From: a virus
Lineage: Duplodnaviria; Caudoviricetes
DNA: 64,000 nt
Reading direction: 5' to 3' (one strand)
IMG/VR virus record: IMGVR_UViG_3300014204_000124
Location: 65,635 to 129,634 of that record
Shown piece after piece: positions 1-9,109 of the stretch. The notes below the pieces were generated by a model, which was given only the letters and a program-made list of their open reading frames with translations, did no database searches and was not told the DNA's origin. Position numbers and translations under genes: made by a program. Position 1 is the stretch's first letter. Each line of letters opens with the position of its first letter.

Positions 1-375
1 GAAAGGGGATACAAGCCATGGATGCAAGCCATTTCTGACATTGTTGCCAAACACTTCGGGAAGAAGGTAGTTATAGAAGACATATACGAGGGCCAGCCTG
101 GGTATGATTTCTGTCGGTGGAACTTCGATATAAGAGGGGACGGAATACGTTTCTTCGGGTCGTTGGTTTTCAAAAAGAGTCCGGTAGACGATTTCGGGAC
201 TGTGTCTGTTGGTTTGAAACGCCTTGGGACTCCTGGAGTGGATGAAGATGTCTGGCTGTTCAGGGACAAGGAATTCCCGTTGTCGAAGTGGGAAGACGAG
301 TGGGACGTTGACAAGGCTGCTCTGGCCAAGGTCGAACAGTTGGTCCGTTCTTCTCTTAAGAAGCTCAAGGCTTGA
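1..375 (+). CDS. 5'-truncated hypothetical protein, probable paralog of the two downstream genes
   Basis: Frame is open from base 1 (ERGYKPWMQAISDIV...); Lys-rich helical C-terminus (SSLKKLKA) resembles those of 392..892 and 1136..1879. Confidence 0.6.
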   Translation, partial: ERGYKPWMQAISDIVAKHFGKKVVIEDIYEGQPGYDFCRWNFDIRGDGIRFFGSLVFKKSPVDDFGTVSVGLKRLGTPGVDEDVWLFRDKEFPLSKWEDEWDVDKAALAKVEQLVRSSLKKLKA

Positions 376-391
376 TCTAAAAGGAGATACA

Positions 392-892
392 ATGGATACG
401 ATTAATAGGTTTCGAGGGATTCTGACAGAGGCTACTGAAGGGTCGGCGTTCGTGAAGAAGTGGTTGGGGAAAAGCCTGCGTATGAAGTACGAGGGCGAAG
501 CGATGCAGTTGTTGGCTGATGGATTTGGCGACGGCGAAGTGAAGGCCGGGGATATTCGCAACTCTGTCGAGGGTCCGGGGCCAGCCAATTTGGGAGCTGA
601 CGGTGCTGAGCGAACGGTTACTTCCACGTATCGTTTTGAGAGCAAGGGATTGCGGGTCGAGGCCGTGTTCGAGTGGTTCGGAGCCGGGAACACTGAAGAC
701 CAAGATGATGCGGACCAGATTGGGTTTGACATTACACTTTCAACGGGTGGCAAGGTGCTGGACCGGGATGGGGCGCAAGTTCAGTTCAAGACTGGCAAGG
801 AGCCTGGGGCGAAGTTCATAAGTGCGTTCAGTAAGGTCTACAACAAGATGGCGAAGGATTACCTAAAGACATCTCTTAGCAAAAAGGTGTAA
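392..892 (+). CDS. hypothetical protein, putative capsid-internal protein with MDTI-x-R...L-x-E leader
   Basis: AAGGAG RBS before ATG392; N-terminus MDTINRFRGILTEA; homologous to the C-terminal half of 1136..1879. Confidence 0.7.
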   Translation: MDTINRFRGILTEATEGSAFVKKWLGKSLRMKYEGEAMQLLADGFGDGEVKAGDIRNSVEGPGPANLGADGAERTVTSTYRFESKGLRVEAVFEWFGAGNTEDQDDADQIGFDITLSTGGKVLDRDGAQVQFKTGKEPGAKFISAFSKVYNKMAKDYLKTSLSKKV

Positions 893-914
893 TCCACTTA
901 GAGTGAGGTGCGGC

Positions 915-1193
915 ATGGATACCATAGGTCGGTTGAAGGTTCTGTTGGAAGGTTCTGATTTGGCTTCGGCCATGACCCGTTGGGCAGACTGGTGGGGCAA
1001 GCAGGGTCCGAAACTTCTCAAGGAATACCAGGACATGATGGATGGGATGGACATGCTCGTAGTGAGGTCGAAGTACATGCCCGCCGTGGTCAAGGGTGAA
1101 GAGGCGGAGGACAATCCGATGCCACGAAAGGTCCGTTGTATGATGGTGGAATTTCGTTTCGGTTCAAGGGGTCATCCAAGGCAGACTCTGTAA
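915..1193 (+). CDS. N-terminal part of a putative internal head protein (probably joined to 1136..1879 by a -1 frameshift)
   Basis: GAGGTG RBS; MDTIGRLKVLLEG leader matches the previous gene; overlaps the next ORF in the -1 frame. Confidence 0.6.
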   Translation: MDTIGRLKVLLEGSDLASAMTRWADWWGKQGPKLLKEYQDMMDGMDMLVVRSKYMPAVVKGEEAEDNPMPRKVRCMMVEFRFGSRGHPRQTL

Positions 1194-1879
1194 AAATCAT
1201 GAAAAACACATGGCCATCGCAGGACAAGCTAGTTGTCTATGACATGTTCTTCATGAAGAAAGGCCGTGTGGTACGCTCATACACGGAGGTCGTCGCAGCA
1301 GCTCTTATACCCTATTTTACATCAGTAACCGGGTTGAAGATTGGTGGGCAAACAAGGCCATGGGGGGAGAGTCTTGGCTTTGACGTGGTAGAGGGAACGG
1401 TCTCCGACGAGTCCAGGAAGACTTTTGTCAAGTGGTTGCTCAAGACATTCCCTGACTACGAGAAGGTGGCGTTTGAGATTTTGACAAAGGAGCTTGGGGC
1501 GTTGGTTGCCGGTGGGTTCAAGCAGACGGACAGTACCAGGGACGAAAACGGGTTGGGGTTCGAGTACGAATCTGTTGCCAAAACGAAAATAGGGAAGACT
1601 CCTGGGGCGGCCCCGGAAGACGACATGCTCATTCGGCACATCATAGGTGACACGCTGCCGACGTTTAGGCTGGAGTTGTATGGTGAACACGGCGACGACG
1701 CTGCCGGGCACACTCTGGGTTGGACGATGGACATGTATTCGAGGGGCAAGAACGTCGAAGAGGACGGGATAATTGAGTGGGATGAGGTTGCACCTACTCC
1801 CGAGCGATTCGGGAAAGCCTTTGCTATTACAGCCAAGAAGTTCGGGGATGCTGTACGCACCAAGCTGGCCAAAAAATAA
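1136..1879 (+). CDS. C-terminal part of a putative internal head protein; paralog of 392..892
   Basis: FVKWLLK..YE and ELYG..DD..LGWTMDMYSRGKNVEEDG align with FVKKWLGK..YE and EWFG..DD..IGFDITLSTGGKVLDRDG; TTG start lacks a properly spaced RBS. Confidence 0.65.
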   Translation: MYDGGISFRFKGSSKADSVKIMKNTWPSQDKLVVYDMFFMKKGRVVRSYTEVVAAALIPYFTSVTGLKIGGQTRPWGESLGFDVVEGTVSDESRKTFVKWLLKTFPDYEKVAFEILTKELGALVAGGFKQTDSTRDENGLGFEYESVAKTKIGKTPGAAPEDDMLIRHIIGDTLPTFRLELYGEHGDDAAGHTLGWTMDMYSRGKNVEEDGIIEWDEVAPTPERFGKAFAITAKKFGDAVRTKLAKK

Positions 1880-1893
1880 TCTATACGCCACGC

Positions 1894-1927
1894 TTGACAT
1901 TTCCCCTCTCCCCGATTATGCTGTAAG
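1894..1927 (+). promoter_or_regulatory. sigma70-type phage early promoter (repeated motif)
   Basis: TTGACA-17nt-TATGCT followed by GTAAG; near-identical copies at 6388, 9896, 15531, 25941. Confidence 0.8.
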
Positions 1928-1953
1928 GGTTCGTTACCGAACCGGAGGTTACA

Positions 1954-4533
1954 GTGGGGCACGTTATCGATTTATTCGGTGTTTTGGGGGGACAGAGGGA
2001 AGATGAGCGTGAGCGGAATATGGCGAAGTTTGCCATTCCCGTAGAGTCTCCCCGTCCGAAACCTGCTCCCATGCCTGAGAGGCCGGGGTTTCGGCCCGAT
2101 GGCGTCTGGATTGAGGGTAACGAGATTGTGGTGAAGGCTGCGTACAATCCTGATTCGCTAGCGCCTGCGCGAGACATTGTTGGGCGGCGCTGGGATTCGG
2201 CTGCGAAAGTGACCCGGTTTCCACTATCTTCGAGGGACGCTGTTCGGGCCTGGGTGACACGCTTTTGGCCCAAGTTGAGTGTGAAGGCACTTGACACAAT
2301 CGGGGCCGTAGAGCCGAGGATCGAAGTCAGGGAAAACGGGGCATTTCTGTATATTAAGACGCCTTATGCGAAGGCATTTGTGGATGGGATGCACGAGCTT
2401 CCAGATTGTGAGTATCAGCGTGACGGGTCGAAGGAATGGAAAGTTCCGAGGGACAGAGTTGCGCAGCTTGCGCAGCTTGCGGAGCGGGTGTACGGGGCGA
2501 AGTCGAAGGTTTTGGAAGCCGTTGTTCGGGAGAGTCAAGAGAAGCTGGCTCTGGCCACGGCAGTCAAGGCAAGCGAGACGATTGAACTGCCCGGCGGGAC
2601 ACTATTTCCATTCCAGGTTGCCGGAGTACAGTTCATAGAAAAGAACAAGTACGCTCTTATAGCGGATGAAATGGGCTGCATTGACGGAGACGCTGTAATC
2701 AGTTATAGCCGTGCCAGCGTAACTCGCAAATGCACGCTTGCAGAGTTGTATGTGAAGTTCAACCGTGGCCGTTTCCAAGACGGAATCCCGACTTTTGTGA
2801 AGTCTATGTGCGATGGGATTTTGAAGTTGAACCGGGTCGTTTCGGTGCTTGACAAGGGGACTCGCCCGGTTGTTTTGTTGACACTGGAGAGTGGGAAGAC
2901 GTTGCGACTGACTCCCGATCATGAAGTTGCCGTGTCTCTCACGGAATTTGCAAGAGTGGACTCGTTGTCCCCAGGGGACATTGTCTTGACAAAACTCAAA
3001 GAAGGCAAGTTCGTTGACAGGGAAGGGGGCACGGCGGGAACTGGGGGCAAGATTGTTTTTATACCGAAAGAAGATCGTGTTGTTTCAGTCCGAGACGACG
3101 GTGTCGCCCATGTTTACGATATCGTGATGGCAGATCCGTACAGAAATTTCGTTGCCGGGGGAGTTGTCGTTCACAATTGCGGGAAAACGGTCCAGTCAAT
3201 CGCATACATGTACAGGAATCCCCAGAGTCTTCCGGCGATTGTCGTGTGTCCTGCTAGTGTGAAGGAAAACTGGAGGCGTGAGATTGAGCATTGGGGTGGA
3301 GGCAAGTTGAGTGTGGCGATTGCGGTGCCGAAGAGTTTGGATGGGCAACTTGCAATGAATCCGCCGAACGTCTTGATCATCAACTACGATCAACTTGGGA
3401 AGCTAGTTCTTGAAGACGAGGACATTGTCACGGGGAAGTCAAAACTTTCGGTGCGGCCCAGCGTGTTGAGGTGGGGGCCGAAGCTAGTCGTGTTCGACGA
3501 GGCTCATTATCTCAAGAATTCGAAAGCGAAGCGGAGCAAGGCAGCGGGTGCTATTGCCGAGTTGACGGGGCGTCGGGTGATTGAGCTGACAGGGACTCCG
3601 GTATTGAATAGGCCGGAAGAATTGTGGCATTTGCTTCACTTGATAGACCCGGAAGCGTGGGGAAGCGAGAGCAAGTTCAAGTACCGATATTGCGACTGGG
3701 AAAAGGCTTGGCACGGTCACGCCGTACGCGTGGGGGCGCAGCGCCTGGACGAGTTGCACAGTCGGGTGACGGGGCATTACATGGTCCGGCGCTTGAAGAA
3801 GGATGTGCTGAAGGAATTGCCAGACAAGATTCGTTCCTGCGTTCCGTTGTGTCTGGAGCCAGCGTTTGTCGCGGCGTATCGGAAATTGTTTGACAAAACG
3901 GCAGCGAAGATCCTTTCGGAGACGGGCGGGCACTTCTCTGCACAGAACTTGGCAGTGGTGAAGGCCGCTGTAAACACGTTGCGGCAGGAAATTGGGTTGT
4001 TGAAAGCCCCCCTCGCGGCAGCGTGGGTTCAAGAGGCTTTGGAGAGCACGGACAAGGTTGTGATTTTCTCATATCATCATGCGGTGACGGACAAGATCGT
4101 CGAGGTGTTGTTGCAGGCCGGGGTGACTGTAGCGAGGATGGACGGGCGCGATTCGTTGGAGAGCAGACAGATTGCTGTTGATGCGTTCCAGAACGGGAAA
4201 TTACAGGTTTTGGCTTGCGGTATCTTGGCAGCGGGTGTTGGCCTGAATCTTACGGCTGCGGATCAAGTGGTGTTTGCCGAGCGTGCCTGGAGACCGGCGG
4301 ACCACGAACAAGCGGAAGATCGACTTCACAGAATCGGGCAGAAACGGTGTGTGAATGTGTGGTTTTTGGATGCCGAGGGGACGATAGACGAGGATGTTCG
4401 GGACTTACAGCGCGTGAAGCGAGAGGCTATTTCGCAAACGATAGATGGCGGTGATTCGAGCCATGGGATGGAAGAGTCACTGGCTGTTCAAGTAGCGTTG
4501 CGCATGTTGCGCAGATTCCAAGAGAAGGGGTGA
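1954..4533 (+). CDS. SNF2/SMARCAL1-like helicase with two N-terminal HARP-like repeats, contains an intein
   Basis: LFPFQ, ADEMG/CGKT, VVCPAS, FDEAH, LTGTP..N, GVGLNL, QAEDRLHRIGQ motifs; GGAGG RBS. Confidence 0.92.
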   Translation: MGHVIDLFGVLGGQREDERERNMAKFAIPVESPRPKPAPMPERPGFRPDGVWIEGNEIVVKAAYNPDSLAPARDIVGRRWDSAAKVTRFPLSSRDAVRAWVTRFWPKLSVKALDTIGAVEPRIEVRENGAFLYIKTPYAKAFVDGMHELPDCEYQRDGSKEWKVPRDRVAQLAQLAERVYGAKSKVLEAVVRESQEKLALATAVKASETIELPGGTLFPFQVAGVQFIEKNKYALIADEMGCIDGDAVISYSRASVTRKCTLAELYVKFNRGRFQDGIPTFVKSMCDGILKLNRVVSVLDKGTRPVVLLTLESGKTLRLTPDHEVAVSLTEFARVDSLSPGDIVLTKLKEGKFVDREGGTAGTGGKIVFIPKEDRVVSVRDDGVAHVYDIVMADPYRNFVAGGVVVHNCGKTVQSIAYMYRNPQSLPAIVVCPASVKENWRREIEHWGGGKLSVAIAVPKSLDGQLAMNPPNVLIINYDQLGKLVLEDEDIVTGKSKLSVRPSVLRWGPKLVVFDEAHYLKNSKAKRSKAAGAIAELTGRRVIELTGTPVLNRPEELWHLLHLIDPEAWGSESKFKYRYCDWEKAWHGHAVRVGAQRLDELHSRVTGHYMVRRLKKDVLKELPDKIRSCVPLCLEPAFVAAYRKLFDKTAAKILSETGGHFSAQNLAVVKAAVNTLRQEIGLLKAPLAAAWVQEALESTDKVVIFSYHHAVTDKIVEVLLQAGVTVARMDGRDSLESRQIAVDAFQNGKLQVLACGILAAGVGLNLTAADQVVFAERAWRPADHEQAEDRLHRIGQKRCVNVWFLDAEGTIDEDVRDLQRVKREAISQTIDGGDSSHGMEESLAVQVALRMLRRFQEKG
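2677..3177 (+). mobile_element. mini-intein (167 aa, no endonuclease) in the helicase Walker A motif
   Basis: Starts CIDGDA, block B LTPDH, ends VYDI...NFVAGGVVVHN followed by Cys; removal restores DEMGCGKT. Confidence 0.93.
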
Positions 4534-4536
4534 GAT

Positions 4537-4980
4537 ATGGCGAAGAACCGGGTTGAATTGATCGGTCGTTTGGGTGCAGATCCAGAGTTGAAGTGTACGA
4601 CGAGCGGGATTCCTGTGGCAAGGTTGAGTGTTGCCACGACTGAGTATTCCGGTGTTGGGGAGAACCGAAAGGAGACCACGGAGTGGCACTCGGTTGTCGT
4701 ATGGAGGGAGAAGGCAGAGTGGTGTGGGAACGAGATGCGCAAAGGCGACGAAGTTGCGATTGAGGGCAAGTTGGCGAGCCGGAGTTACGAGAACCGGGAC
4801 AAGGTCAAGGTCAAGGTGACTGAGGTTGTGGCGTCGGAAGTGTATCGGGTGAAGAGCCCGGTGAAGAGTTCTCAGCGTGACCAGCGGAGTTCTGGCAAGC
4901 CGAGCGACGTGGTGACCGATCTTAGGACGGGCAGGGAACCTAAGCCGAGCGAAGAGAAGGATGATTTTCCGTGGTTATAA
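4537..4980 (+). CDS. ssb: single-stranded DNA-binding protein (bacterial SSB type)
   Basis: NRVELIGRLGADPE, TEWHSVVVW, KGDEVAIEGKL; acidic tail DDFPWL. Confidence 0.95.
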   Translation: MAKNRVELIGRLGADPELKCTTSGIPVARLSVATTEYSGVGENRKETTEWHSVVVWREKAEWCGNEMRKGDEVAIEGKLASRSYENRDKVKVKVTEVVASEVYRVKSPVKSSQRDQRSSGKPSDVVTDLRTGREPKPSEEKDDFPWL

Positions 4981-5003
4981 TAGGTGTTACACAGGAGGAG
5001 AAC

Positions 5004-6305
5004 ATGACAGAGCAGGAATTGAAGTCGAGGTCGTTTCAGTTTGGGCATGAGGCATTGCAGGAGCTTGCGGGCGTCTTTGCCCGAAAGGGCGTAGGTCTGC
5101 CGGGAAAGGTTCTGGAGGAGGCCCACGCCCTGTTCCGTAGCATGTACGAGCATGGCTACGAGGCACGTCGGCAGGAGATTGGTGGGGCGTTGGGGTCCGC
5201 TGGCATTGCCGATATATGCCGCCGGGCAGACGAGTACCTGCATGGTGTAAAGCAATTGACGACCTTTGTTTGTGACGGTGTCGAATACGTGAACTTCGGG
5301 AGGGTATGCGAAGCTGTCAGGACGGCTTTCAGGGACGGTGTCCTCGCTGCTGGTGAAAGCGGGCTCGATTCTCCGAAGGGCATGAACATGACCCTTTCGC
5401 AAGAGTATGTCTTGCGGAAGGACCATGCCGATTTGACGAGAAAAGTGGGTGAGGTCCGCGAAGAGAATGACCTTCTGAAGCAGGAGAATTCCCGGCTGAA
5501 GGACCGGCTGAATGCTATCGGAACGGCATCGAAGCCATTCACTTTTATCCCGAGCTACGTCGACACCCCCGCGTTCAGCCCGTTGTACGGGGCGGCCAAA
5601 GAGCTTGACATGCTCAAAAAAGAGAACGCTGGCTTGAAGAAGATGATTGACGAGATTGTGGCTTCGCTTGACAAGCTGCGTGACTCCGACTTTACGTTCA
5701 CTATGCCCCCCGTGGAGTTCGCCGAGCGACTTGTCGAGCTTACGCTGTGCAAGATAGGTGGTCTCAAGGGTCGTGTTGATGAACTTCGTGGCGGCATTGA
5801 CGGCTTATGGGGAAAGAACAAGGGGCTCATACGGGACCACGATAGGGTGTTCGCCACTGCGGTCAACACCCTTCCAGGTCTCTCTGTCCATGGGAGTGAG
5901 ACAGACTATGTTGTAGCTGCAATCAGGCAACTCGCTGCGATGAACGCTACGCTTAGTCAGCATCTCAAGGAGGCCAGAGACCAACGACGGGACGAATGCT
6001 CCGAGAGCAATGGGCACAGGAAGGTGGAAGATCGCACCCGGATTCTGGACGATGTGATGGGTATTCTGGGTTGTACCGGATGTCTGTACACCTCTGCGCC
6101 TGCTATGGCGAGAGCGAGGATTGAAAAGTTGCAGCAGGAGGCAGTGGCTCCGGTGTTGCAAGAAGTGAGAAATGCGGTGATCCCGTTTTCCACGCCGGAT
6201 GAAGAGAAGGTGCTCAATAACGAGCCACTCACCTTGCTGAAGCTCGTTCTCGACCGTATGAAAGCCAAAGCCAAGGCGGAACGTTTGCAGAAGGCAAAGA
6301 AGTAG
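5004..6305 (+). CDS. coiled-coil hypothetical protein
   Basis: GGAGGAG RBS; long ORF with an internal repeat (DLLKQENSRLK/DMLKKENAGLK). Confidence 0.7.
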   Translation: MTEQELKSRSFQFGHEALQELAGVFARKGVGLPGKVLEEAHALFRSMYEHGYEARRQEIGGALGSAGIADICRRADEYLHGVKQLTTFVCDGVEYVNFGRVCEAVRTAFRDGVLAAGESGLDSPKGMNMTLSQEYVLRKDHADLTRKVGEVREENDLLKQENSRLKDRLNAIGTASKPFTFIPSYVDTPAFSPLYGAAKELDMLKKENAGLKKMIDEIVASLDKLRDSDFTFTMPPVEFAERLVELTLCKIGGLKGRVDELRGGIDGLWGKNKGLIRDHDRVFATAVNTLPGLSVHGSETDYVVAAIRQLAAMNATLSQHLKEARDQRRDECSESNGHRKVEDRTRILDDVMGILGCTGCLYTSAPAMARARIEKLQQEAVAPVLQEVRNAVIPFSTPDEEKVLNNEPLTLLKLVLDRMKAKAKAERLQKAKK

Positions 6306-6387
6306 TCTCGTGCGTGCGTGATTCCTGTTCTGCTAGGCCCTGTTCTGGGGATTCGCTAGGGGTCTGAAAAAACTTTCAATTTTCCGC

Positions 6388-6420
6388 TTGACTTCTCCGG
6401 TGAGTCGATTATGCTGTAAG
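6388..6420 (+). promoter_or_regulatory. phage early promoter (repeated motif)
   Basis: TTGACT-16nt-TATGCT-GTAAG. Confidence 0.8.
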
Positions 6421-6467
6421 GGAGTTGGCGAGTTGCTGGCTCGTTTGACAGCCCAAAGGAGATTCAA

Positions 6468-7028
6468 ATGGAAAAGAGTTTTGACGTTGTTGCTTCCGGG
6501 TTCGAGCTTTCTCAGGCTTTGATGACGGCAGACATTTCTGGCCAGTCTACCGAGACGGCTTCCCAGGTTTACGGGATTCTGAATGTGATTGGCAAGGCGG
6601 TTGCCCATCGCCTGGACAGTCTCAAGGATCTTCTCAGGGAGAAGGTCAGTGGTGATCCCGATTCAAAGAATTCCACGGACAAAACTAAGGAGTTCGTGTT
6701 TGACGGCGGCTCTGCGACAGTGACTCAACCGGAGACTCCGGCCCCATCCCTTGACAGGATGAAGCTGGCGGAGATCCTGCTGGCCGAAGGGCTAAAGAAG
6801 GGTGAATTGTTCGATCGGAAAGTGGAGACGGTCTGGGTGCTGAACGGCGAGAAGCTCGACCAGCTTTTGGCCGCCCAAAAGATCTCGGCGGAGCAGATAG
6901 CCAAGGCTACTGTCACGCCCCCCGCCCCCACCGCTCGCCTCACGATCAAGCTCGACAAGGCCGTCGAAAGAGCGCTGGCACGGCGCTTGATCGGGATGGA
7001 CTCTATCCCCTCTCCCAAGAAGAAGTAG
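6468..7028 (+). CDS. hypothetical early protein
   Basis: AAGGAG RBS; directly downstream of a promoter. Confidence 0.7.
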   Translation: MEKSFDVVASGFELSQALMTADISGQSTETASQVYGILNVIGKAVAHRLDSLKDLLREKVSGDPDSKNSTDKTKEFVFDGGSATVTQPETPAPSLDRMKLAEILLAEGLKKGELFDRKVETVWVLNGEKLDQLLAAQKISAEQIAKATVTPPAPTARLTIKLDKAVERALARRLIGMDSIPSPKKK

Positions 7029-7072
7029 TCGGTTTCATGGGCCGGATCTGCCCGGCCCGTCTGAGGTCATCC

Positions 7073-7630
7073 ATGGCAGTCAAGACTCACTTTTTCAATG
7101 GAAAGCTCGTGTATCTGGACAAAAAGATGTGTTTCAGTTGCAACGTGAAGTGCTGCCTGCGAATCACGGGGATAGCGTTGCCGGACGATTTTCCGACAAA
7201 GGACTCGTTGACCGAGGCGTTCAAGACAGGGCGCTGGACGATTGACTACGGCCCGTTGCCGAGGGGTGGGGAGTCACCCTTCCCCAGAGCCGCGGCAAAG
7301 GGTTTCGAGGGTATGGCGGAACATCGTTGGCCGTTCCCTGCGGAGTTGGAATGCACGTTTCTTGGGGAGAAAGGGTGCGAGTTGAAGCCAGGGGACAGAC
7401 CCGCCGGATGCCGATATATGATTCCGAGGACAATGCCGTGTCTGGAGCCAGTGACATACGCTGTGGCAGCGGAGACGTGGCAGTCGAGGGCGGGCGAGTT
7501 GATGGAAGCGAGCTTGGGGGTTCCGAAAGTGTTACCGTTGGGTAAGAATCCGACTTCGTTGCCTGCAAAAAATAAACGTGTGAAGAATGGCGCAATTGAT
7601 TGCGCCGTCGTGCCGTTTAGGCGGAGTTAA
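7073..7630 (+). CDS. YkgJ-like (CxxCxxxCC) Zn/Fe-S cluster protein
   Basis: CFSCNVKCC...CTFLGEKGC......RPAGCR motif. Confidence 0.75.
   Translation: MAVKTHFFNGKLVYLDKKMCFSCNVKCCLRITGIALPDDFPTKDSLTEAFKTGRWTIDYGPLPRGGESPFPRAAAKGFEGMAEHRWPFPAELECTFLGEKGCELKPGDRPAGCRYMIPRTMPCLEPVTYAVAAETWQSRAGELMEASLGVPKVLPLGKNPTSLPAKNKRVKNGAIDCAVVPFRRS
7589..7606. promoter_or_regulatory. 18-bp palindromic operator-like site
   Basis: GGCGCAATTGATTGCGCC, identical copy at 30700..30717. Confidence 0.65.
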
Positions 7631-7867
7631 AAACCCCCCAATGCGTGTGCGCGTGTCAATATGTACGCGCTTTACAAGTTCCCCCCCCTGTTTTGTTCTA
7701 CTCTACGATCCTACGGATCTCCGAGCCGAAAAAACAGAGAGAGACTAGCGCGCGTACGCGAGGCTTTTTAGCACAGTCTTAGGCCAAGGCAAAAACAAGC
7801 GGCCTTTTCACAGGAGAGGGGAAGTCTTCATTTCTCTTCAATGTCAAAACAAAAACGGTTGGTTTTT

Positions 7868-7895
7868 TTGACAGAGGGTTGGAACGTGGTAAAAC
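7868..7895 (+). promoter_or_regulatory. putative promoter
   Basis: TTGACA-16nt-TAAAAC with TG extended -10, upstream of GGAGG and ATG7917. Confidence 0.5.
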
Positions 7896-7916
7896 GAGAT
7901 CTAACGGAGGTTGAAT

Positions 7917-8165
7917 ATGCGGTGCGAATTATGCGGAGTGGAGAAGAGCGACAGGGAGCGGTATTGTCATCCATGCTGGGAATTGAAGTATTTTGTGGAG
8001 GGGAAGCCTGGATTAGCCGGGAAGGTTTTGTGGGGGATAGTAGTGAAGCGGGTGGTCGCCTTGTATGATGCTGGGCGTGGGAGTGTTGCAGGAAGGGTTT
8101 TGGGGTGGTTTTGTGCGATGGCGGTAGTTTTTGCCACCGTCGTAGTCATGCTGGTTTTGGCTTGA
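7917..8165 (+). CDS. small Zn-ribbon protein with C-terminal membrane helix
   Basis: CELC...CHPC; hydrophobic C-terminus; GGAGG RBS. Confidence 0.6.
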   Translation: MRCELCGVEKSDRERYCHPCWELKYFVEGKPGLAGKVLWGIVVKRVVALYDAGRGSVAGRVLGWFCAMAVVFATVVVMLVLA

Positions 8166-8190
8166 CAGGTCGTCATCCCCCCATTATGCT
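8162..8190 (+). promoter_or_regulatory. phage early promoter variant
   Basis: TTGACA-17nt-TATGCT. Confidence 0.65.
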
Positions 8191-8215
8191 TCAAAGGGTT
8201 GGAACGGAGTGGGGA

Positions 8216-9109
8216 ATGGCAGAGTTGGAATTGTACGTTGCAGAGAAAGATCATCCGTTGCCGGTTCCAGAGCGAACAGAGGGTCGAATCATCGGGCTAC
8301 TGTCAGAGCGATACGAGGGGCCGGAGTGGGAGTTCATCCCGCACTTTCACAGCTTTCGCCACGACAGAACGGCGGATGCTATAGCTATCAATACGTGGCG
8401 CAGCAAGGGATGCCATCGTGTTGGGTTCGAAGTGAAGATTTCCAGGGCAGACTACAAGCATGAGTTGGAACAACCGGAGAAGCGAAAGTGGTTGGAAGAG
8501 TTTTGCCACCAGTTCTACTTTGTGGTTCCCGCAGGTTTGGTGAAAGTGGACGAGGTCCCAGACGGCTGCGGGTTGATCTACGCTACGGCTGGCGGTCTTC
8601 GCCAAGCGAAGTTGGCGAGACAGCGGAAGGTCGAGAGCGTATCGAATCCGATGCTGGCTGCGGTTGCGCGGTCTGTAGGTAAACGCGCTGCGATGGGGAA
8701 CTGGAAAATTTTCAAATACGCTGGCCGGGACCTATCGAGAGACGAGTTGGTTGGGATTCTCATGGAGAACAAGGACCAGATTTCCGGGAATATCCGAGAG
8801 GCGTTCATTGGTGCGGAACTACGCTCCAGAATGAGTGCGGAGAGGGAACAGTTCCAGAAATTCCAGGATGCGTTGGTCTCTGCCTTCGGGCGGAAGGCGC
8901 TGTGGAGTGTTGCGGATTTGGAGAGGATCGCTAAGGATAGGTCGAGCGTGTCTCCGAAGGTCGAGGAAGAGATTGAGTTGTTGCACCGGCTGGCCAGGGA
9001 TTCGGCGCAGGGGTTGGCAAATAGTCAGACTGCATTGACCCATATACAGAACAGGACGGTGCAGTTATTGGCGCTGATTCAGGAGAAGAAAAGTGAGAAT
9101 AACGACTGA
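8216..9109 (+). CDS. MmcB-like PD-(D/E)xK nuclease with helical C-terminal extension
   Basis: RTADAIA...FEVKISRADY...FYFVVP...EVPDGCGLI. Confidence 0.75.
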   Translation: MAELELYVAEKDHPLPVPERTEGRIIGLLSERYEGPEWEFIPHFHSFRHDRTADAIAINTWRSKGCHRVGFEVKISRADYKHELEQPEKRKWLEEFCHQFYFVVPAGLVKVDEVPDGCGLIYATAGGLRQAKLARQRKVESVSNPMLAAVARSVGKRAAMGNWKIFKYAGRDLSRDELVGILMENKDQISGNIREAFIGAELRSRMSAEREQFQKFQDALVSAFGRKALWSVADLERIAKDRSSVSPKVEEEIELLHRLARDSAQGLANSQTALTHIQNRTVQLLALIQEKKSENND

